A stretch of 64,000 nucleotides of DNA, from assembly GCF_044704955.1 (NCBI RefSeq), contig NC_091987.1, positions 26,164,001-26,228,000 on the forward strand, in the 5' to 3' direction. The position numbers were made by a program, and so were the translations under genes. This document shows positions 46,550 through 59,950 of this stretch, piece after piece. The notes beneath the pieces were generated by a model that saw nothing but the letters and a program-made list of their open reading frames with translations, was not told the DNA's origin and made no database searches. Source of the stretch: Pristiophorus japonicus. Lineage: Eukaryota. Within the stretch, counting starts at the first letter, position 1; each line of letters opens with the position of its first letter.

Positions 46550-49500
46550 AACATAAGAACATAAGAATTAGGAGCAGGAGTAGGCCATACAGCCCCTCAA
46601 TCCTGCTCCACCATTCAATATGATCATAGCTGATCATCGATCTCAATTCCATTTTATCGCCCGAATTCCATATTCCTTGATTCGTCTGATTCCAAAAAGC
46701 TATCTATCTCGACCTTGACTATATTCAGAAACAAAGCATCCACAGCCATCAAGGGCAGAGAATTACAACGATTCATGAACCTCTGTGAAGAAATTCCTCT
46801 TCATCTCTGTTTTAAATGGCTTACCCCTTATCCTGAGATTGTGCTCCTTAGTTCCAGACACAGCAGCCAGGCAAAATAATCTCTCGGAATCTAGCTTGTC
46901 AATCTCCTTCAGAAACTTGTAAGTTTCAATCAGATCACCTCTGATTCTTCTAAACGCTAGAGAGTATATGCCCATAGGATACATTTATAAAGGGACACCA
47001 ATATTTGCGGGAAGTACACAACAGATATAGGGACTAGAGAGTGACCAGGATTTGCAGAAACACAGCAGGTACAGGGACAAGATGGAGACCTTGAATTTCA
47101 GGAAAAGCACAACAAATAGAAGACCTGGAGGAAGACATTACATTGCAGAAACAAATAGCATCTTAAGGGACAAAAGGGAGACCATACATTAGAGAAGTTT
47201 AGAGGGGATTGGAGGGGAAATGTCTTCACCCAGATAGTTGTGGGGATCTGGAACTCACTGCCTGAAAGTGTGGTAGAGGCAGAAAGGCTCATCACATTTA
47301 AAACGTACTTGGATATGCACATGAAATGCCGTAACATGCAGGGTTATGGACCTAAAGTGGAAAGTGGGATTATACTGGATAACCTACTGTTGGCTGGCAC
47401 GGACACGATGGGCCAAAATGGCCTCCTTCCGTGCTGAAAGGAAAGGGAGGTGGGGTAGCTCTATTGATCAAGGATAGAATCAATGCAACAGTGAGAAACG
47501 ATATTGGTTCAAATGATCAGAATGTTGAAAAAGTTTGGGTGGAGATAAGGAATAATAAGTGGAAAAATTCACTGGTGGGCATAATCTATAGGCTCCCAAA
47601 CAATAGCAACTCTGTTGATCGGAGCATAAACCAGGAAATAGTGGGGGCTTTTAAAAAGGGAAGAGCAATAATCATGGGTGATTTGAACCTCCATATTGAT
47701 TGGATAAGTCAAATTGGTCAAGGTAGCCTTGAGTAGGGGTTCATAGAGTGCATAAGGGACAGGTTCCTTGAGCAGTGTGTAACGGAACCAACCAGTGGGC
47801 AGGCTTTGTTAGATCTGGTCCTGTGAAATGAGACAGGATTAATAAACAATCTACTCCTAAAGGATTCCCTTCGAATGAGTGATCATAGCATGATTGAATT
47901 TCAAATTCAGATGGAGGGTGAGAAAGTTGGATCTCTAACCAGCGTACTAAGCTTAAATAAAGGAGACTATGAAATTATGATGGCAGAGTTGGCTAAAGTA
48001 CACTGGTAAAATAGATTAAAGTATAGGACGGTTGATGAACAGTGGTGTATATTTAAGGATACATTTCACAACTCTCAAGAAAGATATATTCCAGTGAGGA
48101 GGAAAGGGCTGTATGAGAAAAGAGAGTCATCCGTGGCTAACTAAAGAAATAAAGGACAGTATCTAATTCAAAACAAGGGCATACAAAGTGGCCAAAACTA
48201 GTGGGAGGACAGAAGATTGGGAAACTTTTAAAAGCCAGCAAAGAATGACTAAAAAATGATTAAGAAAGGGAAGACAGACTATGAAAGTAAACTAGCACGA
48301 AATATATAAAAAAAAAACATATAGCAAGAGTTTCTATAGGTATATAAAAAGGAAAAGAGTGGCTAAAGGAAATGTTGGTCCCTTAGAGGACGAGATCAGG
48401 GGAATTAGTAATGGGGAACATGGAGATGGCAGAAACTCTGAACGAATCTTTTGTATCATTCTTTATGGTAGAGGACACTAACAATATCCCAACAGTGGAT
48501 AGTCAAGGGGCTATTTGGGGGGTAGATCTTAATACAACCACAATCATTAAGGAGGTGGTACTCAGTAAGATAATGGGACTAAAGACAGATAAATCCCCTG
48601 GACCTGATGGCTTGCATCCTAGGGTCTTAAGAGAAGTAGCGGCAGGGATTGTTGATGCATTGGTTGTAATTTACCAAATTTTCCTTGATTCTTTGGAGGT
48701 CCCAGCAGATTGGAAAACTGCAAATGTAACGGCCCCATTTAAAAAAGGAGGCAGACAAAAAACAGGAAACCATAGACCAGTTAGCCTAACATCTGTGGTT
48801 GGGAAAATGTTGGAGTCCATTATTAAAGAAGCAGTAGCAGGACCTTTGGAAAAGCAAAATTCGGTCAGGCAGAGTCAGCATGGACGTATGAAGCTGAGGT
48901 CATTTTTGACAAATTTGCTGGAATTCTTTGAGGATGTAATGAACAGGGTGGATAAAGGGAAACCAGTGGATGTGGTGAACTTGGACTTCCAGAAGGCATT
49001 TGACAAGGTGCCACATAAAAGGTTACTGTACAAGCTAAAATCCACGGGGTTAGGGGCAATATATTAGCATGGATAGAGGATTGGCTAACTAACAGAAAAC
49101 AGAGAGTCGGGATAAATGGGTCATTCTCTGGTTGGCAATCAGTAACTAGTGGTGTGCCGCTAGGATCATTGCTGGGATCTCAACTATTTACAATCTATAT
49201 TAATGACTTGGAAGAAGGTACCGAGTGTAACGTAGCCAAGTTTGCTGAAGATACAAAGATGGGAGGAAAAGCAGTGAGTGAGGAGGGAACAAAAAATCAG
49301 TGAAAGGACATAGACAGGCTAAGTGAGTGGGCAAAAATCTGGCAGATGGACTATAATGTTGGAAAGTATGAGGTCATGCATTTTGGTAGAAACAAAGAGC
49401 AAGTTATTATTTAAATGCAGAAAGATTGCAAAGTGCCACAGTACAGCGGGACCTGGGGGTACTTGTGTATGAAACACAAAAGGATAGTATGCAGGTACAT

Positions 49501-50040
49501 CAAGTGATCAGGAAGGCCAATGGTATCTTAGCCTTTATTGCAAAGGGGATGGAGTACAAAAGCAGGGAGATATTAATACAGCTATATAAGGCATTGGTGA
49601 GGCCAGACCTGGAATACTGCATGCAGTTTTGGTTAAGAATTAGGAGCAGGAATAGGCCACACGGCCCCTCGAGTCTACTCTGCCATTCAATAAGATCACG
49701 GCTGATCGTCGATCTCACCTGCACTTTATCCCGCGATCTCCATATTTCTTCAATCCCCTAGACTCCAAAAATCTATCTAGCTCGGCCTTGATTATATTCA
49801 GTGACACGGCATCCACAACCTTCTGGGGTAAAGAATTCCAAAGTTTCACAACTCTCTGACTGAAGAAATTCTTTCTCATCTCTGCCTCAAATGTCCTACC
49901 CTGATACTGAGAATCTAACCCCTAGTTCGAGACACTCCTGCCAGGGAAAATCACTCTCACCATCCATCCTATCGACTTCAGAATCTTTTATGTTTCAATG
50001 AGATCACATCTGATTGTCCTAAACGTCAGAGGGTAAAGAA
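46550..50040. mobile_element. CR1 fragments (- 46550-46970; + 47190-49630; - 49635-50040)
   Basis: KSPGPDGLHPRVL and DFQKAFDKVPH remnants; CR1 tails. Confidence 0.85.
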
Positions 50041-50269
50041 CCTTAGGATATCTTTCTAAAGCGACACCAATATTTGCAGGAAATACACAACAGATACAGG
50101 CACTGCAGGGAGACCAGAAATTGCAGAAGTACGTAATAGATACATTTCTAAAGGCATATCAGTATTTGCCGGAAATACGCAATAGATACTGTCCTAGAGG
50201 GACAGAACTTGCTGTAAAAAGTCAATATATACAAGGTCTGAAGGAACAGCAGAAATTGCAGGAAACACA

Positions 50270-50675
50270 GAAAGAAAGACTTGGATTTATATCGCGTCAT
50301 TCACGGCCACTGGACATCTCAAAGCACTTGAAGTACAGCCAATGAAGTACTTTGGTGTATAGTAACCGTTCTAATGTGGGAAACGCGGCAGCCAATCTAT
50401 GCACAAGCAAGCTCCCACTCACAGCAATGTGATAATGACCAGGTGATCTGTTTTGTTGTTATGTTGATTGAGGGATAAATACTGGCCAGTAATTCGGGGT
50501 AACCCCCCCTGATCTTCTTCGAAATAGTGGCCATGTAATTTTTCACATCCACCTAAGCGGGCAGAAGGGGCCGCGGTTTAACGTCTTATCTGAAATATTG
50601 CACCTTCGACTTTGCAGCACGCCCTCAGCATTGCACTGGAGTGCCAACTTAGGTTTGTTGTGCTCAAGTTCCTGA
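50270..50675 (-). mobile_element. Deu-domain SINE
   Basis: Reverse complement of the copy at 53422-53880. Confidence 0.7.
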
Positions 50676-50939
50676 GAGCATGCATTATCATTTTGTAAGA
50701 AGTTAGGCATGAGGCTGAATTCACAGATATTACATGCGGGACGCGGGGTGCTGAACTGTCTGCAAAGTCAGTGAATTACAGATATATCACTTGAATATGG
50801 GCTGAGATACAGAGCATTCGGGGAAACGATTGATACATAATAGTTAATCGGTCTTGTGGGTGGAGGGGGGCGAGGGGAGGGCAGGGCATGCAGTCTATAC
50901 TCTACCGATTAGAGGCCTGAAATGTACTTTTGTCCTCAG

Positions 50940-51220
50940 TCACCCTAATGGAAATTACAATGGGTTTGGGTTTCTGCAGGTGGTTCTGACTCGCTTGCCG
51001 TTCAACCCATTCACGTGGCCGTTGTTTCGTCTCCTTACATCTGTTGACCTACTTAAATGTTGACAGCTCCACTGTGGGTAACCGCACATCCTGGCCGTTG
51101 GCGTTCTGTCTCTGCATCTCTGTGCAATTTCATGAGATTGCTGTTTTATTTTTTGACAAAGTGTTTCCAGAGTTTGCATCGAAACAAAATATTGCAGAGA
51201 AATGATGCAGGTGGTTATAG
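50940..51220. promoter_or_regulatory. Candidate TCR beta 3' enhancer
   Basis: Unique island with RUNX/ETS composite aaccgcacatcctg (51080-51093) and E-boxes CAGGTG (50977, 51208), CACGTG (51012), CATCTG (51038). Confidence 0.5.
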
Positions 51221-51229
51221 AGCGAACAA

Positions 51230-52900
51230 GTGGGTGATCAACAAGCGAACCAAACGCAACAGGAGGACAAACTTTTTAACGCAGCGAGTGGTTAGTATCT
51301 GGAAAGCATTGCCTTAAAGCGGTTGAAGGCAGATTCAATCGCGGCTTTCAAAAGTGTTTTAGATACATATCATAGAATCATGGAATGGCCCCCTACTGTT
51401 CTGTAACCATTCTATGATTCCATGATCCTATGATGACCTTAAAATTAGGACCAGGCTGTTCTGGGGTGATGTCAGAAGGGCTTCAGCACACAAAGGGTAG
51501 TGGAAATTGGAAATCTGAAAAAAGCTGTTGTGGCTGGGGGTCAACTACATTCTCTAAACTGAGATAGATAGGTTTTTGCTATTAAAGGTATTAATACTTA
51601 CGGAAGAAGTGGAGTTTAGATGCAGATTCGTCATGATATATACCACAGCAACTGTCAGGATACTGAGAAGTGTAGACGAACAGAAGGACCTTGCAGTGCA
51701 TGTCCACAGATCCCTGAAGGTAACAGGACAGGTGGATAAGATGGTAAAAAAGATATACGGAGTACTTTCCCTATTAGTGGAGGCATAGATGGTAAAGGAG
51801 GGAGGTTATGCTTGAACTGTAAAGAACACCAGCTTGGCCACAGCTAGAATACTGAGTGCAGTTCTGGTCATCGCATTACAGGAAAGATGTGATTGCACTA
51901 GAGAGGGTACAGAGAAGATTTACGAGGATGTTGCATGGAGTGGAGAATTTTAGCGATGAGGAAAGATTGGATAGGCTGGGATTGTTTTCTTTGGAAGAAA
52001 GGAGGCTGAGGGAAGACCTTATTGAGGCGTGTAAAATTATGAGGGGCCTGGGTTGAATCGATAGGAAGGACCATAGAAACATAGAAACATAGAAAATAGG
52101 TGCAGGAGTAGGCCATTCGGCCCTTCAAGCCTGCACCGCCATTCAATGAGTTCATGGCTGAACATGCAACTTCAGTACCCCATTCCTGCTTTCTCACCGT
52201 ACCCCTTGATTTCCCCCTCGTAGTAAGGACTACATCTAACTCCTTTTTGAATATATTTAGTGAATTGGCCTCAACAACTTTCTGTGGTAGAGAATTCCAC
52301 AGATTCACCACTCTCTGGGTGAAGAAGTTTCTCCTCATCTCAGTCCTAAATGGCTTACACCTTATCCTTAGACTGTGACCCCTGGTTCTGGACTTCCCCA
52401 ACATTGGGAACATTCTTCCTGCATCTAACCTGTCTAAACCCGTCAGAATTTTAAACATTTCTATGAGATCCCCTCTCATTCTTCTGAACTTCAGTGAATA
52501 CAAACCCTATTTCCTTTAGCAGAGAGGTCAATAACCAGGGGATGCAGATTTTTGGTAATTGGTAGAAGAATTCGAGGGGAGTTGAGGAGCTCTTTTTCAC
52601 TCAGAGAGTAGTGTGGGTCTGGAACTCGATGCCTGAACGGATAGTTGAGGAAGAAACCCTAATCTAATTTTAAAAAGTACTTGGATGTGCACTTCAAGTG
52701 CTGTAACCTACAGGGCTATGGACCAAGAGCTGGAACGTGGGATTAGGCTGGATGGCTCTATTTCGACCGGCACATAGATGATGGGCTGAATAGTTTGCTT
52801 CTAGTGCCATAAATGTCTATGATTCTACATAATTTAATAGCAGAACAGGCTCGAGGGGCTGAATGGCCACCGCCTGCTCATGTGTGCCTATGAGTTCCGA
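51230..52900. mobile_element. CR1 fragments (+) with a nested young CR1 3' end (-, ~52072-52505)
   Basis: RT C-terminal remnants; the nested copy closely matches the 3' end of the 35048-39555 element. Confidence 0.8.
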
Positions 52901-53421
52901 TGACAGTTTTGCTGGGGTAATTTAATGAGAGATTGAAAGACACAGCAGCACATTAACAAAATTATCTTATATAATAGTTGTGCACCACCTGGACCATTTC
53001 ACATGTTTGCTCATTACCCAAGTTAATTGCCACAGGCTGCACAGACAGAAGAATTCAAGTTGCATTAGAAACTATCTATTTATTATATACTCATCGCAAA
53101 GGTTTTGTTGCACTTCATTATTTTTAAGTTGCCAACTTTAGTCATAGAATGGTCTCAGCAAAGAAGGAGGCCATTCGGCCCGTCGAGTCCACGCCGAGTC
53201 TCTGCAAGAGCATGTCAGCTAGTTCTACTCCCCGCCCTTTCCCCTTAGCCCTGATATTTTCTTTTCCTGCAGGTACTTATCCAATTCCCATTTTAAAACC
53301 ATGGCTGAATCTGCCTCCACCACCCTTTCAGGCAGTGCATTCCAGATCCTAATCACTCGCTGCATAAAAACGTTTTTTCTTGTGTCGCCTTTGGTTCTTC
53401 TGCCAATCACCTTAAATCCCA

Positions 53422-53880
53422 GTGTCAGCTGTACCGTTAGTAGCACACTCGCCTCTGAGTCAAAAGGTTGTGGGGTTAAATCCCACTGCAGTAACTTGAA
53501 CACATAATTCTAGGCTGACAGTCCAGTGCAGTGCTGAGGGAGTGCTGCACTGTTGGAGTTGCGCTCTTTCAGATGATATGTTAAAGCGACGCCCTGCCTG
53601 CCCCCTCTGGTGGACCTAAAAATCCCATGGCCACTATTTCGAAGAAGATTAGGGGTGTTATCCCTGTTGTCCTGGCCAATATTTATCTCTCAATCAACGT
53701 AACAAAAAACCAAAATATTTGGTCATTATCACATTGCTTTGTGCGGGAGCTTGCTGTGCACAATTTGCTACTGCCTTTCCCACGTTACAACAGTGACTAC
53801 ACTTGAAAAGTATTTCATTGTCTGTAAAGCGTCCGTTGGAGGTGAAAGGCGCTATATAAATGTGAGTCGTTCTTTCTTTC
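53422..53880 (+). mobile_element. Full-length tRNA-derived Deu-domain SINE (SacSINE1-like) inserted in a minus-strand CR1 (53140-54830); second copy at ~54855-55290
   Basis: tRNA-like head, conserved core atcccatggcactatttcgaagaag...cctggccaatatttat, tail gaaaggcgctatataaatg-(TTTC)n. Confidence 0.72.
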
Positions 53881-55729
53881 CTCAGATTTATTTGACCCTT
53901 CCGCCAATGTGAACATTTTCTCTTTATCTACTCTGCCCAGACCCACATGATGTTGAACAACTCTATCAAATATTCTGTCAATCTTCTCGGCTCCAAGGTG
54001 AACATACCCATCTTCTCCAGTTTCTCTGTGAGACTGAAATCCCTCAAACCAGGAATTATTCCCATTAATCTTTTCTGCACCCTCTCTAAGGCCGTCACAT
54101 CCTTTCTAAGGTTTGGTGCCCAGAATTAGATACATTATTACAGTTGAGGACGAAGCAGTGTTTTATAAAGCTTGATCATAACTTCCTTGTTTTTGTACTC
54201 TACACCATTATTCACGAAACTGAGAATCCCGTAAGCTTTTAAAACTGCTTTCTCACCCTACCCTGCCAACTTCAACGATTTGTGCATATATACCCCATGT
54301 CTCTTTGTTGCTGCACCCCCTTTATGATTGTAACCTATAGTTTTTATGTCGTCTCCTCATTCTCTCGACCAAAATGTATCAATTGACACTTTCCTGTGTT
54401 AAATTTCATCTGCCACATGTCGGCCCATTCCACCAAGCCTATCTATGTCTTTTTGAGTTTCATTACCATTCTTCAAACTTTTTATTATGCTTACAAATGT
54501 TGTGTCCTCTACAAATTTTGAAATAGCGTCTTGTACACCCACATCCAAGTCATTAATAGAAAATCAAGAAAAGCAGTGGGCCCAGTATTGACCCCTGGGG
54601 ATCACCACTGTATACCTGCCTCCAAACTGAAAGACAATCGTTCACCACTACTCCCTGTTTCCTGTCACTTTGCCAATTCGTATCAATGCTGGCCATGTAA
54701 TTGCTTGTCCTCAAGTCACTTCTGGTTCATTTGGCAAGGACCCTCTGTTCTACGACCTTTACACCAGTGGGAAAAGCTTGTCCCTATCCACTCTAGCAAG
54801 GCGCCTAATAATTTTGAACACCTCTAGCCAATATCTCCCTGTTTTTCTCTACAATTGTCAATTGTGGATCAGTGGGTAGCACAATTGCCTCTGAATCAGA
54901 ATGCTATGGGTTCAACTCCCAATCTAGGGTCTTGAGCACGTAAATTTAGGCTGACACCCCAGTGCACTGCTGAGCAATGAGACCTGAAACCGCGGCCCCT
55001 TCTGGCCTCTCAGGTGGACATAAAATATCTTAGGCACTATTTCAAAGAAAAGCGGGGGTGTTATCACCAGTTTTTGGCCAATAATCATTATCCCTCAATC
55101 AACATAACAAAAACAGATTATCTGACCATGATCATATTGCTGTTTGTGGAAGTTTGCTTTGCAAATTGGCTGCCACATTTCCCACATTACAACAGTGACC
55201 ACACCCCAAAAGTACCTAATTGGCTGGAAGGTGTTTTGAAACATCGTCGCAAAAGGTGCTCTCTAAATGCAAGTTGTTATTTTATTTTTACAGCATGGAG
55301 ATCAATTCCAGCCTCTCTTGTCTCTCCACATAACAAAGGTGCCTTATCACTCAACCATTCTGGTCAATCTCAACTTAACCTTCTCTGCTCTGAGAAGAAC
55401 AAACCCTGCTTCTCCAATCTCTCCACTCAACTGACGTCCCTCATCCTTGATCCCATTCTGGAAAATCTCCCGTTAATCTTCTCTGCTCTAAGCATAACAA
55501 TCCCACCTTCCCTGGTATCTCCATCAAGCTGAAGTGCTTGATCGGACGAAGCTAAATCAAGATTTCAGATTCAAAAGGTGTAGGGAACGTGTCAGTACAG
55601 ACGGCTAAATATACTATGTTGAGGAGAACGCATTGATTAATGTGCTCTGTCCTTTCATGTATACCTGAAACAGTCTTCACGCCATAAGCTCCATATATTT
55701 ATTTCAGCAATGCGTCCAGAATATAATTG

Positions 55730-58235
55730 AACCATAGAATCAGAGAATCAGAGAAAAACTACGACACAGATGGAGGCCATTCAGCCCATCGTGTCGGTGT
55801 GCATCGAAAAAGAGTTAACCAGCCTAAACCCACATTCCAGCGCTAGGTCCATAGCCCTGTAGGTTATGACGCTTTAAGTGCACATCCAAGTACCTTATAA
55901 ATGCGACAGGTTTGTGCCTCTACCAACCTTTCTGGCAATGAATTCCAGACCACGACGATGTAATTCACCAAAATTTCCTGGATTCTGGGAGGTCCCAGCA
56001 GATTGGAAAACTCCAAATGTAACGCTCCTATTTTAAAAAGGAGTCAGACAAAAAGCAGGAAACTATAGACCAGTCAGCCTAACATCTGTGGTTGCAAAGA
56101 TGTTGGAGTCCATTATTAAAGAAGCAGTAGCAGGACATTTGGAACAACAACATTCAGTCAGGCAGAGTCAGCATGGATTTATGAAGGGGAAGTCATGTTT
56201 GAAAAATTTGCTGGAGCTCTTTGAAGATGCAACACACAGTGTGGATAAAGGGGAACCAGTGGATGTGGTGTATTTGGACTTCCAGAAGGCATTTGACAAT
56301 GTGCCACATAAAAGGTTACTGCAATAGATAAAAGTTCACTGGGTTGGGGGTAATATATTAGCATGGATAGAGGATTGGCTAACTAACAGAAAACAGAGAG
56401 TCGGGATAAATGTTTCATTTTCTGGTTGGCAACCAGTAACTAGTGGGGTGCTTCAGGGATCAGCACTGGGACCCCAAATATTTACAATCTATATTAACCA
56501 CTTGGAAGAAGGGACTGAGTGTAACGTAGCCAAGGTTGCTGACGATACAAAGATGGCAGGAAAAGCAATGTGTGAGGAGGACACAAAAATTCTGGAAAAG
56601 GACATATATAGGCTAAGTGAGTGGGCAAAAATTTGGCAGATGGAGTATAATGTTGGGAACTGTGAAGTCATACACTTTGGCAGAAAAAAATCTAACAGCA
56701 AGTTATTATTTAAATGGAAAAAGATTGCAAAGTGCTGCAGTACAGCGGGACCTGGGGGTACTTGTGCATGAAACACAAAAGGATAGAATGCAGAGACAGC
56801 AAGTGATCAGGAAGGCCAATAGTATCTCGGCCTTTATTGCAACAGGGATGGAGTATAAAGGCAGAGAAGTTTTGCTACAGCTATGCAGGGTATTGGTGAG
56901 GCCACACCTGGAATACTGCGTTCCGTTTTGATTTCCATATTTACGAAAGGATATACTGGCTTTGGAGGCACTTTAGAGAAGTTTCACTCGGTTGATTCTG
57001 GCGATGATGGGGTTGACTTATGAGGAAAGGTTGAGTAGGTTGGGCCTCTATTCATTGGAGTTCAGAAGAATGAGAGGTGATCTTATCGAAACGTATAAGA
57101 TTATAAGGGGGCTTGACAAGGTGGGTGCAGAGAGGATGTTTCCATTGATGGGGGAGACTAGAACTAGAGGGCATGATCTCAATAATGGGCCGCCCATTTA
57201 AAACTGAGATGAGCAGAAATTTCTTCTCCGAGGGTTGTAAATGTGTAGAATTCGCTGCCTCAGAGAGCTGTGGAAGCTGGGTCATTGAATAAATTTAACA
57301 CAAAAATAGACAGTTTCTTAAATGATAGAGGAATAAGGGGTTAAAGGCTGCGGGCAGGGAAGTGGAGCTGATCCATGATCGGATCAGCCATGATCTTATT
57401 TAATGGCGGAGCAGGCTCGAGGGGCCGTATGGCCTACTCCCGCTCCTATTTCTTATGTTCTTATAAATCTTTGGGTGAAGAAATATGTCCTCATCTCCCC
57501 TCTAATGCTTCTACCAAATACTTTAAATCTATGCCTCTTTGTTATTGACCCCTCTGCAAAGGTAAATAGGTTCTTCCTCTCCCCTGTATCTTGGCTCTTC
57601 ATAATTGTATACGCCTCCCGTCAGCCTCCTCTGCTCTAAGGTAAATAACCCCAGCCTATCCAATCTGTCCTCATTACTAAAGATTTCTAATCATGGCAAC
57701 ATCCTTGTAAATCTGCTCTGCACCTTTCCGAGTGCAATTATATCCTTCCTGTAATGTGGTGACCAGAATTGCAAGCCCAACTAGTTTTGTATACAGTTCT
57801 ATGATAACTGCCCTGCTCTTCAATTCTATGCCTCGCTAATAAAGGACAGCATTCCGTATGACGATATAACTATCTTATTTACCTGTCCTGCTACATTTAA
57901 AGATCTGTGGACAAATAATCCAAGGGCCCTACGTTCACCCACACCTCTCAGTAGCCTCCCATTTATTGTCTATTTCCTTGCCTTGTTGTCCCTTCCCAAA
58001 TGCATTATCTGCAACTTTTCTGGATTGAATTCCATTTGCCTTCTTTCTGCCCAACTGATCAGTTCATTGATATCTTACTGCAATCTCGAGCTTTCCTCCT
58101 CAATGCCCACCACACGGCCAATCTTTGTATTATCTGCAAATGTCTTTATCATGTCGTCTACATTTAAGTCTAAATCATTAACATACACTGCAAAACGTAA
58201 TGGACCAAGTACTGCACCCTGTGGGACCCCACCGA
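55730..58235. mobile_element. Minus-strand CR1 split by a plus-strand CR1 (~55960-57465)
   Basis: RT motifs in both; host continuity across the insert. Confidence 0.85.
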
Positions 58236-58389
58236 AACTGGCACTCTCCCTTCGATCCAATAGTCCTTTAAGTAAAGAAAACGTGTAAATTCCGCACATA
58301 TTGCTGGCAGTGATTCGTTTGAACCAAAATATTATCCCTTTTTAAGACTGGCCGCTACACGAACGGACACACGGCTTAGGGCAAGGATT

Positions 58390-58591
58390 GCACGCCACCT
58401 GGCGTTATGGTCATTTTGTGCAGCGCTGCTCTTTGTCAGATTGTTTATCCATTTCCCTCACAACATGTCTTTCTTTCCGTTGATTTGTCTGTCTGTCTAT
58501 CTATCTATCTATCTGTCTATACACACGACCTGGAGTTTGCCACGCTCGTTGAGGGGACGAACATATAACATAACGGTCAACAGGTGGCAGC
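58390..58591. promoter_or_regulatory. Divergent pair of putative CTCF sites
   Basis: Reverse site ACGCCAGGTGGCGTGC (58390-58405) and forward site TCAACAGGTGGCAGC (58577-58591). Confidence 0.45.
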
Positions 58592-58639
58592 AGAGATCAC
58601 GTTTAATCACGTTTACTTATCTGGAGTCGGAAAGATAGA

Positions 58640-59660
58640 AATAAAGAATAAAAGTCAGATCGAAATAAAGAATAGTTTCATTGGATGAAAGAAAGATAAA
58701 AATTGAAGTAACGAAATAAAGAAGGAAAGGAAGAGAATGGAAATGCAAGGGATAGTATTAGAATAAAAAAGGATGAAGAAAGAAGAAAGTATCATAAGAT
58801 AGAGAAAGAGGAAGTTGAAGTGAGAGAAAGAAAAACATGGAGAGAAGGAATGAAAGCAAGAAAGAACTCGTCAACGTGCAAGGGAGGGAAAGAAAGATAA
58901 ACAATGAAAGGAAGACAGAGAGAAAGAGAGAAAGAAAGAAAGAAAGGAATCTAGAAATATTGAAAGTTTGAATCGAGGAAATGAAAAAGGATTTGGAGAA
59001 AGAATGGCAGAAATAAATTAATGAAAAAACGAAAGATAGAACGAAACACAAACAGAATGAAGGAAAAAAGAACTAAAGAAGGAAAGAAAGAGATAAATAA
59101 AGATGGAAAGAGCGAACGTTATGAAGAACGAGGGAAAGGAAGAATAGAAACTGAAAGCTGGAAAGAAAACTAGAAAGTGAGAAAGAGAGAAGGAAAGAAA
59201 GAAAGAAATAAAAGAAAGAAGGGAGAGGAAGGAAGGAAGAAGGGAAAAAGAGAATGTTAGAAAGAAAGTAGTAAGGAAAAAAGTGAAAATGAAATAAAAA
59301 AAGGGGAGAAAGAGAATGAAAGAGAGAAGGAAAGAATGAAGGAAGGAAATAATGTAGGTGAGAAAGAAAAGAAGAAGGAGAGGAAAAACTAATGTTACAA
59401 CAAAAGAAAGAAGCAACAAGAGCAGGCAATAAAGAAAGACAGAAAAAATGTTTTTTTTTAGATGAAAGACAGAAAAACATTGAAAGAATGAATGAAACTC
59501 AAAAATAAGCAGAAAGACTTAAAGAAACAAAGGATTGGAAAGAAGGGAAAAGGATGGAAAGGATGAAATAACGTATTAAAAAGACAGATGAAAACAAAGA
59601 TTAATAGAAAGAAAGGGACGAAGATCGAACGAAGGAAAGTTTGATTGGATGAAAGAAACA
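58640..59660. repeat. GAAA-rich low complexity
   Basis: Direct reading. Confidence 0.9.
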
Positions 59661-59689
59661 ACACTTATTAAAGCGAAGTTATCAGCAAC

Positions 59690-59950
59690 TTTGCTAACTG
59701 CACGCAGCTGCCACATTTCTGTGCAAGCAAGTCGCAGGTGCATATCAGGCAACAGGAAATGAGCCAAGCTACTGGCCTCCAAATCGAAGCCACGGCAACA
59801 ACAAGCGGAACATTCCGTTGAACCGCAGCATGAAACTCGGGTGCAATGACCTACTTTAGTAACCTTGTAGGGCGCGTTTCAGTCCACTGCACCAATCGAA
59901 AGTTCAGATCTCACCGCTTCTGAATGAAACCCTTCAGTGCAGCTGTGCAA
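59690..59950. promoter_or_regulatory. Second candidate lymphoid enhancer/promoter
   Basis: cagctgccacatttctg (E-box, RUNX, ETS-like), caggtg, caggaaat, agcggaac, aaccgca in a unique CpG-containing island. Confidence 0.35.

Noticed and set aside
51070-51076. cactgtg heptamer as the RSS of an inverted V or extra J
   Set aside because: No nonamer at 12 or 23 bp and no V/J coding motifs adjacent
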